DNA of 64,000 nucleotides from Eledone cirrhosa (taxonomy: Eukaryota): assembly GCA_964016885.1 (NCBI GenBank), contig OZ024740.1, positions 142,786,001-142,850,000 on the forward strand, written 5' to 3'. The position numbers and the translations under genes were made by a program. Shown in pieces: positions 13,460 through 24,260 of this stretch. How positions within the stretch are numbered: position 1 is the stretch's first letter; every line of letters starts with the position of its first letter. The notes beneath the pieces were generated by a model. It was not told where the DNA came from and did not search any database. It saw only the letters and a list, made by a program, of their open reading frames with translations.

Positions 13460-13981
13460 TTCTGTCAGACGATTGAAATTTTTTTTGCCACAAAATTTTA
13501 AAAAACAGGTTTTTCACCTCTAGGAGGGGTAAAGATGAGCTGACCCACCGTCTGACAGTTCAGACGGGGGGTCAAGCTACACAATAGTATCAAAATTAAA
13601 TTTGAACTCACAAAATTTCCGCAATAAATTTGAACAAAACTTCTGTGCGAAGTGAATTACATCCACACTGTAGAACAGACGACAGCTAGATTTATCTCCT
13701 TATAATATATAACCAGCAATTTCTCTCTCTGTCTGTCCGACAGTGGAAACACGTGCGCGCGTGGTTGCTATCTCTCTCTCTCTCCAGCTATCCCTCTCTT
13801 TTAGTCTGTCTGTTTCTCTCACTCTCACTCTTTCTCTTTGTAACACACTAACATTCCTCCCCTCTATCGCTGTGACGAATGGGGAGATGGAGGAGGAGGA
13901 GGAGGAGGAGAGAGTCACTTCATCACTTCACCTCTGCCTTTCTTTCTCTCCCCTCTCACTCCCTCATTACGTACAGACATT

Positions 13982-14176
13982 AGGGCGGTGGATTGGCAGA
14001 ATCTGTAGAGAGTCGGACACCATGCTTCATAACATGGAGTTACGTCCCTTTACGGTCTGAGTTCAAATACCGCCGAGGTTAACTTTGCCTTTCATCCTCA
14101 CGGGGTCGATAAAATAAAGTACCAGTAATCTACTGGGTAATTGCTGGCCTTGTGCCAAAAGTAGAAACAATTATTA
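13982..14176 (+). mobile_element. tRNA-derived SINE, full-length representative of the dominant family (Meta/Sauria-like core)
   Basis: Box-A-like TGGCAGAATCTG, box B GAGTTCAAATAC, core ACTTTGCCTTTCATCCT..CGGGGTCGATAAAATAAAGTACCAG, (ATT) tail. Other copies near 3530, 6001, 7412, 17115, 21225, 22945, 32530, 38881, 39225, 39345, 43500, 43890, 45370-46400, 47045, 54500. Confidence 0.85.
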
Positions 14177-14295
14177 GAAACATTGCTTCATTTTTACATA
14201 TCTAAGCATTAGTAAAATAACTAATAATTTCAAAAGTAATTTTTCAATTCCAATTGTTATGAACAGCAAAACATTAATAATAATTTTGTTCTAAG

Positions 14296-14560
<265 letters not shown>

Positions 14561-15099
14561 GGCATTTCTCTGTTTGTCTGTCTGTCTGTCTGTCCTTCCC
14601 TAAAACTCAAATGTAGGTGCTACAGAAATATTACCTTCCCCTTCCTTTCTCCACTTTGGTACTACCAAGAGAAACACTGTCGCTATAGAAACATTACCTT
14701 CCCCTCTCCACTGATTTTGGTCACTGAGGCCGAGGGAATCGCTGGTTGCTATAGAGACACCTTGCACAAGCCAGAAGTAACCAGTTCGAGGCGGTTCTGA
14801 CTTGACACCATGCCAAGGACCATTTGAAGATATATTTCCATCGTTATATCATAACGTTTATGTATCATAACGTTTATATTTCCGTCACTAATCTCTTTTT
14901 CTCCTTTTTCGTTTTAACATATATTTATTTCAAAGATTTCACCGTATAGATAACATATATATTTATACATGCATAAAAGACACACCGAGAGACGGTGAAC
15001 ATGTGGTGCCGAAAACATTTCTCATCCAAATCTCAACAATATCAGTATATACACTAGATTTGCTAGCAGAAAACCGCTCACCGGGTGGTTTTCTGCTAG

Positions 15100-15654
<555 letters not shown>

Positions 15655-16046
15655 TATCTGAAAATCGTGAGAATTTTGAAATCATGCCATCTGTCGATTA
15701 GCTGCTCAGCTTATAAACAGGGTTTAATTTTTGGCCATTTCTCAGATATAGGAGAGTCGCCTTATATCCATGTATATACAGTAATTCTCTGTGCAACTTC
15801 TCCTTTAACTCACCTGTAATCCCATTACATTTCTTGTGCCGATAGATTACATTGTGTGCATCTTATGGAATTTCTGCCCATCTCTTTTCTAGATATAGAG
15901 CAATGCCACTTCCCTCAGAGTATCAGCATCTTGTCCTTTCCTACATATTAAGACTCTTGCTAAGTTTACTTTCAGGCCTTTCAACGCTAAGTTTTATAAA
16001 TATATGTATGTATATATTTAACGAAGGGTATTTTAGTGGTAACAAA

Positions 16047-16405
16047 GTAGGCATCTCTAACAAAATACACCCCCGTCCCACCTCCCCCACCCCATCCACA
16101 CCGCCCCTTTCAATGTAAAGTTATGTTGGTGCCACAACATCCAGGCCGAAACAAATGAGATCATGTAGGTGTCACGACAAAAGAATTCAGTCCACGCTGT
16201 AATGTGGCCGTGTAGGCAACACGGTAAAAACCTCCCAGCCCCACACTGTAAATGTGGTTGGTGTTAGGAAGGGCATCCAGCTGTAGAAAACCCGCCAGAC
16301 AGTCCTATGCGAGCAATGACAACCACTCTTGCCTCAAGTGGGAAAACTCCCGTCCAAACCCATGCAAGCGTGGAACATGGACGTTAAACGATGATGATGA
16401 TGATG
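16047..16405 (+). mobile_element. RTE family A 3'-UTR-only copy with (GAT)n tail
   Basis: Near-identical to the reverse complement of 17888-18250. Confidence 0.85.
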
Positions 16406-16832
16406 AAGGTATTAGTGGAATAACAAGAATAAATGATTTACTTTATAATTAAAGGTTTACTTCACTTCAGTAAAAAGAACAATAAACAAGTTCCGAGTTG
16501 CGAAGGTTGACAATGTTATTTTGTTGTTGGTTCATGAAGCTGGTGTAGTCTGCGACCAGGAGAGAGAGAGTAATGGTCTGTAGTTGTCTGTAGACCTCAA
16601 AGGCCTGTAGTAGCGGTGAATCTTTCACATAGCTTGTCTGTATCGTGGTGCTCCAATCTCCCTTTTCTGGTGTAAACGTGGGATTATACAGGCTTTATAT
16701 ACCTGTCGCTTTCTGTCTCCCACCTTGAGGGATCGGCCACGCATGAACCTGTCCACACCGAAATGGATGGTGACCTAGAATTTGACTTTTAGGTGTCACC
16801 CAAGGTTCAAGGTACGGACAGATTTCGCTACA
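16403..16832 (-). mobile_element. Possible solo LTR
   Basis: Minus strand begins TGTAGCG and has an internal GGTATATAAAG TATA-like box. The other end and a TSD are unclear. Confidence 0.35.
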
Positions 16833-17528
16833 TATATACATATATAAAATAATATGCAATATATACATATGTATATATACATAATATGTTTTGTTAAATC
16901 ACCAGTCTGACAAGCAGATCAATGCTGGAGTCAGGTCCATAGGTGCCTTTGGATCAATCATCTGCAAAACGCACACAACAGGTTGATGCATATATGTAGA
17001 TATAAAACAAACTGTGATGACAAATAAGTGTTCTTAAGATATTTAATTCCTTAGTTGTTTCAACACAGTTCTCAGTATAATACATAAGACATAATAGAAC
17101 AACTAATAATAAAAATAATGGTTTCTGATTTTGGCACAAGGCCTGCAATTTCAGGGGGAAGGGAAAGTTGATTAAATCAACCCCAGTGCATTACTGGTAC
17201 TTTATTTTATCAACCCTGTAAGGATTAAAGGCAAAGCTAACCGCAGCAGAAGTTGAACTCAGAACGTAAAGGCCCATAACTCTATGTGACTAAGCATTGA
17301 ACTGTGTTGAAATAATTATAAAGAATTAAATGTCTTATGAGCTCTTATCTGTCATCTCAATTTCTTCTATATGCTATGTGTTAAAGATATCATTTTTATT
17401 CTGCTCTTAAATGACACTCCCCTACATTTCTATTTGTAATGACATAAACACATTTAGCTTAAATATTATTCACTGCAATTTCTCATTAGTTAATTTTATG
17501 AGTATGTGTTTATATATATATATATACA

Positions 17529-17869
17529 CAGTGTAACCCCAGCATTCGCGGTCCCGGCATTTGCGATCCCAATTATTCGTGGAATTTTCCTTAGGACCTA
17601 ATTAATAATTGTTCAAGGAAACCACCGCATATTCATAGTATCGTAAATATCTTCCGTGATTTTTTTAATGGGTTTTTATGGCAATATATATTTTTTCATG
17701 CTTTTTAATGCTAAATTATTAATAACAATATACCGTATTTACCTGCCTATATCTTACGTTATGTTTTGACATTTATAGGCATTTTATGGACCATGTCCAA
17801 TATTCGCGATTTTTCACACTTTGCGGTTGCTCTAGGATCATAACCCCCGTCAATACCAAGGGACAACTG
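17529..17869. mobile_element. pogo/Tigger-like MITE
   Basis: Imperfect TIRs CAGTG..CCCC.GCATTCGCG / CG..AATACC.AGGG.CAACTG followed by TA. Second copy at 30385-30742. Confidence 0.7.
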
Positions 17870-17887
17870 TATATATATATATATATA

Positions 17888-20800
17888 TCATCATCATCAT
17901 CATCATCATCGTTTAACGTCCGTGTTCCACGCTTGCATGGGTTTGGACGGGGGTTTTCCCACTTGAGGCAAGAGTGATTGTCTTGCTCGCATAGGACTGT
18001 CTGGCAGGTTTTCTACAGTTGGATGCCCTTCCTAACACCAACCACATTTACAGTGTGGGTCTGGGAGGTTTTTACCGTGTTGCCTACACGGCCACATTAC
18101 AGCGTGGACTGTGTGTTTTTTTGTCGTGACACCTACACGATCTCATTTGTTTCGGCCTGGATGGTGTGGCACCAACATAACTTTACATAGAAGGGGGGGC
18201 GGTGTGGATGGGGTGGGGGGGTGGGGGTGTATTTTGTTAGAGATGCCTACTGACTGTAGTAGGTTTTACTTTGTATTTAGGTAAGGCGGGTCTTCTCTAT
18301 TACTGAGTACCGCCAAAGGTCTCGGTCCAGTGACATTGTCTTGGTGAGGTGTAAGTGTGTGAGGTCGGAGTTTATCAGCTCGTCCCAGGTTTTTCTGGGT
18401 CTGCCTATTCCGTGGCTACCGTCTATCTTTATTGCCCTGCACTTTGTTATACAGCTATCGTCCTTCATGCGCATCACGTGACCATACCAACGTAGCCTTC
18501 TCTCGAGTAAACAACATCTGATCCCTCTTATTTCTAATTTTTTCCTTAGTTCGTTTATGCTTTGTCGTTCACATATATTACTATTACACATCCAGCGGAG
18601 CATGCAAGCTTCGTTTCTCTCTAGTCTGCGTATATCCTCTGCACACAATGCCCAGGTCTCACTGCCATGCAACATTGCTGTTCGTATGCAGGCATCGTAC
18701 AACCTGCCTTTCATTTTTAGGGAGAACCCTTTAGCGGCTAATAGTGGTATAAGCTCTCTGAACTTTTTCCACCCAGTTCTGACTCTAGCTACTGTACTTT
18801 CAGAGCACCCTCCCCCACTGCTGATTTTGTCACCCAGGTAACGGAAGCTGTCCACTATTTCTATAGAACCCTCTGCGCAGTTGAAAGAGCTAGTATTTTG
18901 TGGGCACTTGCTGCTACTTATTGCCCCAGAACACCGGCCACATGTAAAATCTGTGTTCTTAGTTAGCTTACCTGTGATCCCACTACATCTTTTATGAACC
19001 CAAACTTTGCATTTGGGACACAAAATGGAATTTCCACCTACGCCTTTCCTACACTCTGCGCATGGCCACTTCCCGGGGGGGACCGCCGCCTTATTTTCTT
19101 TCTTACAAACTAGAACTTTAGTCTTAGCCAGGTTAATTTTAAGGCCTTTTGATTCTAGCCCGTGCTTCCATGTTTGGAATTTCTTCTCTAGCTCGGCCAT
19201 TGATTCAGCTATGAGCGTTAGATCATCTGCGCATAGGAGTTCCCATGGGCAGCCGGTCTTGAACTCCACTGTTATAGCCTGGAGGGCAATAATAAATAGT
19301 AGGGGGCTAAGAACAGAGCCCTGATGAACACCAACTTTTACACTAAACTCTTCACTATATTCGTTGTTAATTCTAACCTTGCTGACTGTTTCTTTATACA
19401 TGGCTTGTATAGCTCTCACAAGCCATTCATCGACACCTAGTTTTCTAAGAGCCCACCAGATAATGGAACGGGGGACTCTGTCGAAGGCCTTCTCCAAGTC
19501 GACGAAAGCTAAGTATAGGGGTTTACTTTTAGCTAGGTACTTCTCCTGTAGTTGTCGTACAATGAAAAGAGCGTCTGTGGTACTTTTTCCTGACACAAAC
19601 CCGAACTGCATTTCATCTAGATCAATTCGCTCTCTGATTAGTTGCGCTATTACTTTTTCCGTGACCTTCATGACCTGGTCGATTAATTTAATGCCTCTAT
19701 AGTTACTCCTATCTAGGGCGTCTCCTTTACCCTTATAACAGTTAACGATAATGCTGCTACGCCAGTCCTTCGGAACAACCCCATTCTGTATGACTTGGTT
19801 GACTATCCGGGTGACCATGGTGTGTCCCACCGTACCAGATGCCTTCAGCATTTCGGCAACTATTTCCGAAGGCCCAGCCGCCTTGCCTGTCTTCATATCT
19901 TTGATTGCCTTACTTATTATACTACCGTCGACTAACACTGCTGGTCCCTCTATTGGGTCGATGTGGGGGAGACTGTCTTTCTCCCATTTATTCTCCTCAT
20001 TGAGTAGCCTTTCATAGTGACACTTCCAAGCTACCTTCTTATCGGCGTCGGTGATGGCAAGTACGCCATCATCGTTAAGAACACACTTCTCCCCGACAAT
20101 ATCACTGTTTTCCTTGACACATTGCCTAGCAATCCTGAACACCTCACGTTTTTGGTCCTCACGTTGTAGAACATGCTTGAACTTTCTTTCCTCTGCTTCC
20201 CTTCTTGCGAAGTACACTTGTCTCCTAGCTTCCCTCCTGGCCACTTGATAGTCTTCTCTGCTTCCCCCATCCCGCCATACTTTCCAAGCCTGCTTTTTGG
20301 CCTTAATTGACCCCTCCACCTTACTGTTCCACCACCATGTTACTCTCCTCCTGCCTATAGGCCTGCTCCAGCCACAGACTTCGTCTGTCGCCGTCAGCAG
20401 GTTTGCTTTCAGGAATTCCCACTGTTCCTCTACCTTGTACGACTCTATTTGCTCTTCCTTACTGTCGAAAGCATCAAGTAATATGCTTTGGAATTTATTT
20501 TTGGCTGTGGGGTCCTTTAGCTTCTCTATTTTTCTCCTGAGGGTAGTCCTCTTCTGTTGCCTAGTACGTCTCGTCCTGACTATTAGGTCGCTAATTATCA
20601 GTCTATGTTGGGAGGTGCATTCTTCATGGGGGAGGGATTTAGTGTTTACAACAGTCACTTTGTCACGTCTTCTGGTAAGGATATAATCTACCTGGCTGGT
20701 ATGTTCCCCTGAACTGTAGGTGATCAAGTGATTGTTTCGTTTTTTGAAGTTAGTGTTGCAGATAGTTAGGTTATTTGCGTCACAGAATTCCAGGATTCTG

Positions 20801-21157
20801 GAGCCTTCCTCATTTCTAGTACCAAACCCATAGCCTCCATGGATTTCGTCGTAGCCGTCACAATGTTGTCCGTGACCGTTTAGGTCACCTGCAATAATTA
20901 TATAGTCACTGTCGGTTATTTGGGAGGTAGTGAGCATCAGTGTCTCATAGAATCTGTCTTTTATAGTGCTGGGCAGTCCGGATTGGGGTGCGTACGCGGA
21001 TATTACTGTCACCGTGGTTCTGTTGAGGACAAGTCTTATTTTAATTATTCTGTCGTTCACTCTATTTACATCTATTATCTTATCTGCCCACTTTTCTGCT
21101 ACCATGATTCCTACCCCACCCAGCCCATTGTCGTTTCCCACCCAGAAAAGCTTATAG
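17888..21157 (-). mobile_element. RTE-clade LINE (family A), 5'-truncated, young, inserted in a (TA)n tract, (GAT)n tail
   Basis: Uninterrupted APE-RT ORF, 3' UTR and (GAT)n tail; (TA)n on both sides. Confidence 0.93.
18277..21156 (-). CDS. RTE ORF: APE endonuclease + reverse transcriptase + PHD-like zinc finger; open for ~960 codons but lacking the extreme N-terminus
   Basis: SAYAPQ, AGDLNGH, QVDYIL, SQHR; [19 protein letters not shown] (YADD in family B); C-terminal RLRWYGHV, GRPRKTW. The first residues of the ORF-track translation come from the TA microsatellite. Confidence 0.9.
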   Translation of the reverse strand, partial: YKLFWVGNDNGLGGVGIMVAEKWADKIIDVNRVNDRIIKIRLVLNRTTVTVISAYAPQSGLPSTIKDRFYETLMLTTSQITDSDYIIIAGDLNGHGQHCDGYDEIHGGYGFGTRNEEGSRILEFCDANNLTICNTNFKKRNNHLITYSSGEHTSQVDYILTRRRDKVTVVNTKSLPHEECTSQHRLIISDLIVRTRRTRQQKRTTLRRKIEKLKDPTAKNKFQSILLDAFDSKEEQIESYKVEEQWEFLKANLLTATDEVCGWSRPIGRRRVTWWWNSKVEGSIKAKKQAWKVWRDGGSREDYQVARREARRQVYFARREAEERKFKHVLQREDQKREVFRIARQCVKENSDIVGEKCVLNDDGVLAITDADKKVAWKCHYERLLNEENKWEKDSLPHIDPIEGPAVLVDGSIISKAIKDMKTGKAAGPSEIVAEMLKASGTVGHTMVTRIVNQVIQNGVVPKDWRSSIIVNCYKGKGDALDRSNYRGIKLIDQVMKVTEKVIAQLIRERIDLDEMQFGFVSGKSTTDALFIVRQLQEKYLAKSKPLYLAFVDLEKAFDRVPRSIIWWALRKLGVDEWLVRAIQAMYKETVSKVRINNEYSEEFSVKVGVHQGSVLSPLLFIIALQAITVEFKTGCPWELLCADDLTLIAESMAELEKKFQTWKHGLESKGLKINLAKTKVLVCKKENKAAVPPGKWPCAECRKGVGGNSILCPKCKVWVHKRCSGITGKLTKNTDFTCGRCSGAISSSKCPQNTSSFNCAEGSIEIVDSFRYLGDKISSGGGCSESTVARVRTGWKKFRELIPLLAAKGFSLKMKGRLYDACIRTAMLHGSETWALCAEDIRRLERNEACMLRWMCNSNICERQSINELRKKLEIRGIRCCLLERRLRWYGHVMRMKDDSCITKCRAIKIDGSHGIGRPRKTWDELINSDLTHLHLTKTMSLDRDLWRYSVIEKTRLT

Positions 21158-21409
21158 CATATATATATATATATATTGTAAAAATGTATGTATAATACAA
21201 TCATATAGTTACTTTCTACTTGTGGATTGGCAGTATTGAAAGGGCATCAAACAACATACTTTGTGGTATACAGTTATGACCCTTTACGTTCTGAGTTCAA
21301 ATCCTGATGAGGTTAGCTTTGCTTTTCCTCCTTACAGGGTTAATGCAGTTTAATTGACTTACACTTACCCAAATATTGTTGGCCTGGTACCATAATTAGA
21401 AATTATATA

Positions 21410-21785
21410 CCTGAGATCCCACATCTCGTGTACCTATAGCTTGCATTTAGGACAGCAGATGGAATTTCTATCCACCCCTTTCCTATAACCTGAACAGGAC
21501 CATTTCCCAGAAGGTATCAGGACCTTATTTTACTTACTACTTACTAGAACTTTGGTCTCTGCCAAGTTGACTTTAAGACCTCTTGATTCCAGGTCATGCT
21601 TCCATGTCAGGAATTTTTTTGTCTAGTTCTGTCATAGACTCAGCTATGAGAGTTAGATCATCAACATACAGGAGTTCCCAAGGGCATCCTGTTTTAAACT
21701 CTTCTGTTATAGCCTTCCTTTGGGTAAATTGAGGGTAGTTTCTCTTCCTCCCATTCATTCTCTACATTCATCAATCTCTGTAAAA
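21410..21785 (-). mobile_element. Degraded RTE fragment
   Basis: GCPWELLYVDD, GKWSCSG and RLMNVENEWEEE remnants. Confidence 0.7.
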
Positions 21786-23465
21786 ACACCAAAATACCGT
21801 CAATGACAGTGTCGGGTAAAATTAAGCTCAAACGACAGAAATCAGTGGCTATAAGTGTGTTGGCTTGCAGAAGTGATAGGAAGAAAGGAGCAAAGGAAGA
21901 AAATGAATGAGATAAGATCACACACACATACACATCTTTTGACCTCATCAGCTCTCACACCACCTGTGGTTTCACACAATTTAATTTGAGAGAACCACAT
22001 GAAATTGCTGGCTCATACAACATAAAAAAAAATATTTCTGCTGGTATTATGTTTACATGATAAATGAACAAATTAGATAGACAACAGACAGACAGATCAA
22101 GCAGAAAGAAGTAAAATGCATCCTCACAGCACAAAGTCGCGACTAGAAAGGACTACAAAAGCCCTGGCGCTGCAAAAGTGGCTAGCAAGAGTGGTGGGTA
22201 GGAGAAGAGGGAAGAAAAGAGCATGGGAGAAGAAAAGCAACAGCTAATCTTGTGTTGAGTTTTTCTTATTCTATGAATTCTAATACACTCGCACTCCAAT
22301 TCAGTCTTCAAGAAAACTTTGTTTATATTTTCATCACAGCTGTATTAACTTTCTGTTTTAGACGGATACCATAGCCTGAGTTTCGTTGGCTATTTCTTTC
22401 TTTCTTTCCCTTCTTATTTCGTCTTTTCTTTCTCTCTCCCACTCTTCCTTTCTCCTTCTTGCTGCTTCTTATCTTCTTGCATTTAACTTATCAGCCTTCT
22501 CTCTCAGTCAGGCCCAGACAAGTAGTAAGATGTAAAATATAGGTCCCATTTCAAATTGTTCATTAAGTGCTAATTATATTTATGATTTATATACGGATTA
22601 CAGGTATATAAATGCAAATATAGACTATATAATGTACTTACAAGTAAGAGAACAAAATAAAAAGAATATTTGAAAAGAGTTGACGCTCACAAAATCTTAG
22701 GGTCATGACAACTAGCTCACTTGGACCTCCTTCTGTTCTAGCCTGGTCACTGCCACTTACATTTGTTTCATCATCATCATCAACTTGTAACTCCTGATGG
22801 TATTATAAGGGTACCATCATGACATATAGTATTTCTTGAGTATTTAAAAGTGCCAGAGTTCATCCCTCTCCAGATTTGACCATAGTCAACTTCTTTAGAG
22901 AATGACAGAAAGTGAAAGAGAGAAAGAATGTGAAAGAGAAAACTTGGTCCCAATACAGAACTTTTACTTTATTCATCAACCCCAAAAGGATGAAAGGCAA
23001 AGTTGACTTCAATGGGATTTGAACTCAGAGCACAGAAAACTAGAATGACTGCTGCAAAGCATTCTATCTGATATCCAAACATTTAATTTGCCTTCTACAG
23101 TTTTTAACTTTATCAAATAATAAAAAATTAGAAAATTGGAAATACTTCATAGAGTAAATTTATCACCTTGTTTTAAGATTTTGTTGATTTGTTTTTAATG
23201 AATAGTTTTTCAAATCAATTGTGTACTGTAATACATTTTTTTTAAATGAAACATTTCTTAAATATCATTATTCATTCACACCACTATCATCATAACCACA
23301 ACAAAAATATAATAAAATGACATTTTTTTTACAAATTTATATATAAAAATGAGTTACAAATAAAAAAAAAGAGAGAATCTACACTTCAAACCTCATAACC
23401 CTTTCCTCTAATCATACAATAGACCTTGTAGCAATCAAACAGAATTGATCAAATGTTTAATATAT

Positions 23466-23640
23466 ACCATATATACTCGTGTATAAGTTGCATTAGTAGA
23501 TAAGTCGAACCCCATACAACATTTAAAATATACCATATATTTTGAATTGAAGTTTTGTAAGTCCAGTAGATAATTTGCAGGCTGGTTTCACACACAGTAT
23601 TTCCGTGGAATAAAAAGGTGTGATATTATTATATGGTATA
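23466..23640. mobile_element. Decayed Tc1/pogo-type MITE relic downstream of twinfilin
   Basis: TA-CCATATATACTCGTGTATAAGT start with a weak inverted end ...TATATGG-TA. Confidence 0.4.
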
Positions 23641-24095
23641 TTTGATTGAGGAATATGTTCAACAATTATTTTGAATTAAGGATTATCAAATGTCCAATAA
23701 TTATAAATAGAATTTTTTTGTTGTTTTCAATTTTTAAAAAAATGGAGGAAAATCATTAGAAATACCAAAAAATATACGTTACTATCTAACTCCATTTTAT
23801 GGAGGAAAGACAGGGAAAGTTCATATAAAGAAAATGCTTAGAAATTCAAGCTAGGAAGAAGACAAGGAGAATACACAAGGGTTTGTCAATCAAATATTCT
23901 GTAATTTAGGATTTAGCTGGGGAAATATTTGTTTGATTTTTATGTTTGTATATTTTTTTATGTTTGTTTATGTTTTTTTCTTTTGTGTTTATTTTCATTT
24001 AATTATTTCCTGGCACAGACAGAATAACACATGATTACCACCAACAAGATGAGTTTTGATGGTTTCTCTCTTTCTCTCCCTTCCTATCAATTGAT

Positions 24096-24260
24096 TCAGT
24101 TGACTGTAGATGACTCTGCAGTGGGTCTGATCATTCGCTTTGGTCCTCGATTTGAAGGGCCTTTTGGTTTGGCAAATGCTTGCCGAGCTATGTTTTTCTT
24201 TGGATGAAGCTCATCCAGCAAGAAGTCTTCAGTTAATTCAGCACCCTCAGAAATTTCAAT
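24096..24260 (-). CDS. TWF1: Twinfilin coding exon 10 (terminal)
   Basis: tttaag|ATT GAA...AAC TGA; encodes [22 protein letters not shown]...[18 protein letters not shown]...VN*. Confidence 0.95.
   Translation of the reverse strand: MEISEGAELTEDFLLDELHPKKNIARQAFAKPKGPSNRGPKRMIRPTAESSTVN

Larger units (their letters stand above)
7897..13692 (-). mobile_element. Full-length Tx1/L1-clade non-LTR retrotransposon (~5.8 kb) flanked by a 19-bp target-site duplication
   Basis: ORF1 with zinc knuckle and ORF2 with APE-RT-C-terminal Cys motif. TATCTCCTTATAATATATA occurs at 7878-7896 and 13693-13711. AATAAA sits at the 3' end on the minus strand. Confidence 0.92.

Noticed and set aside
22290-22890. 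Purine-rich and acidic stretches on the minus strand resembling extra exons downstream of twinfilin
   Set aside because: In-frame stops, low complexity and no recognisable homology.
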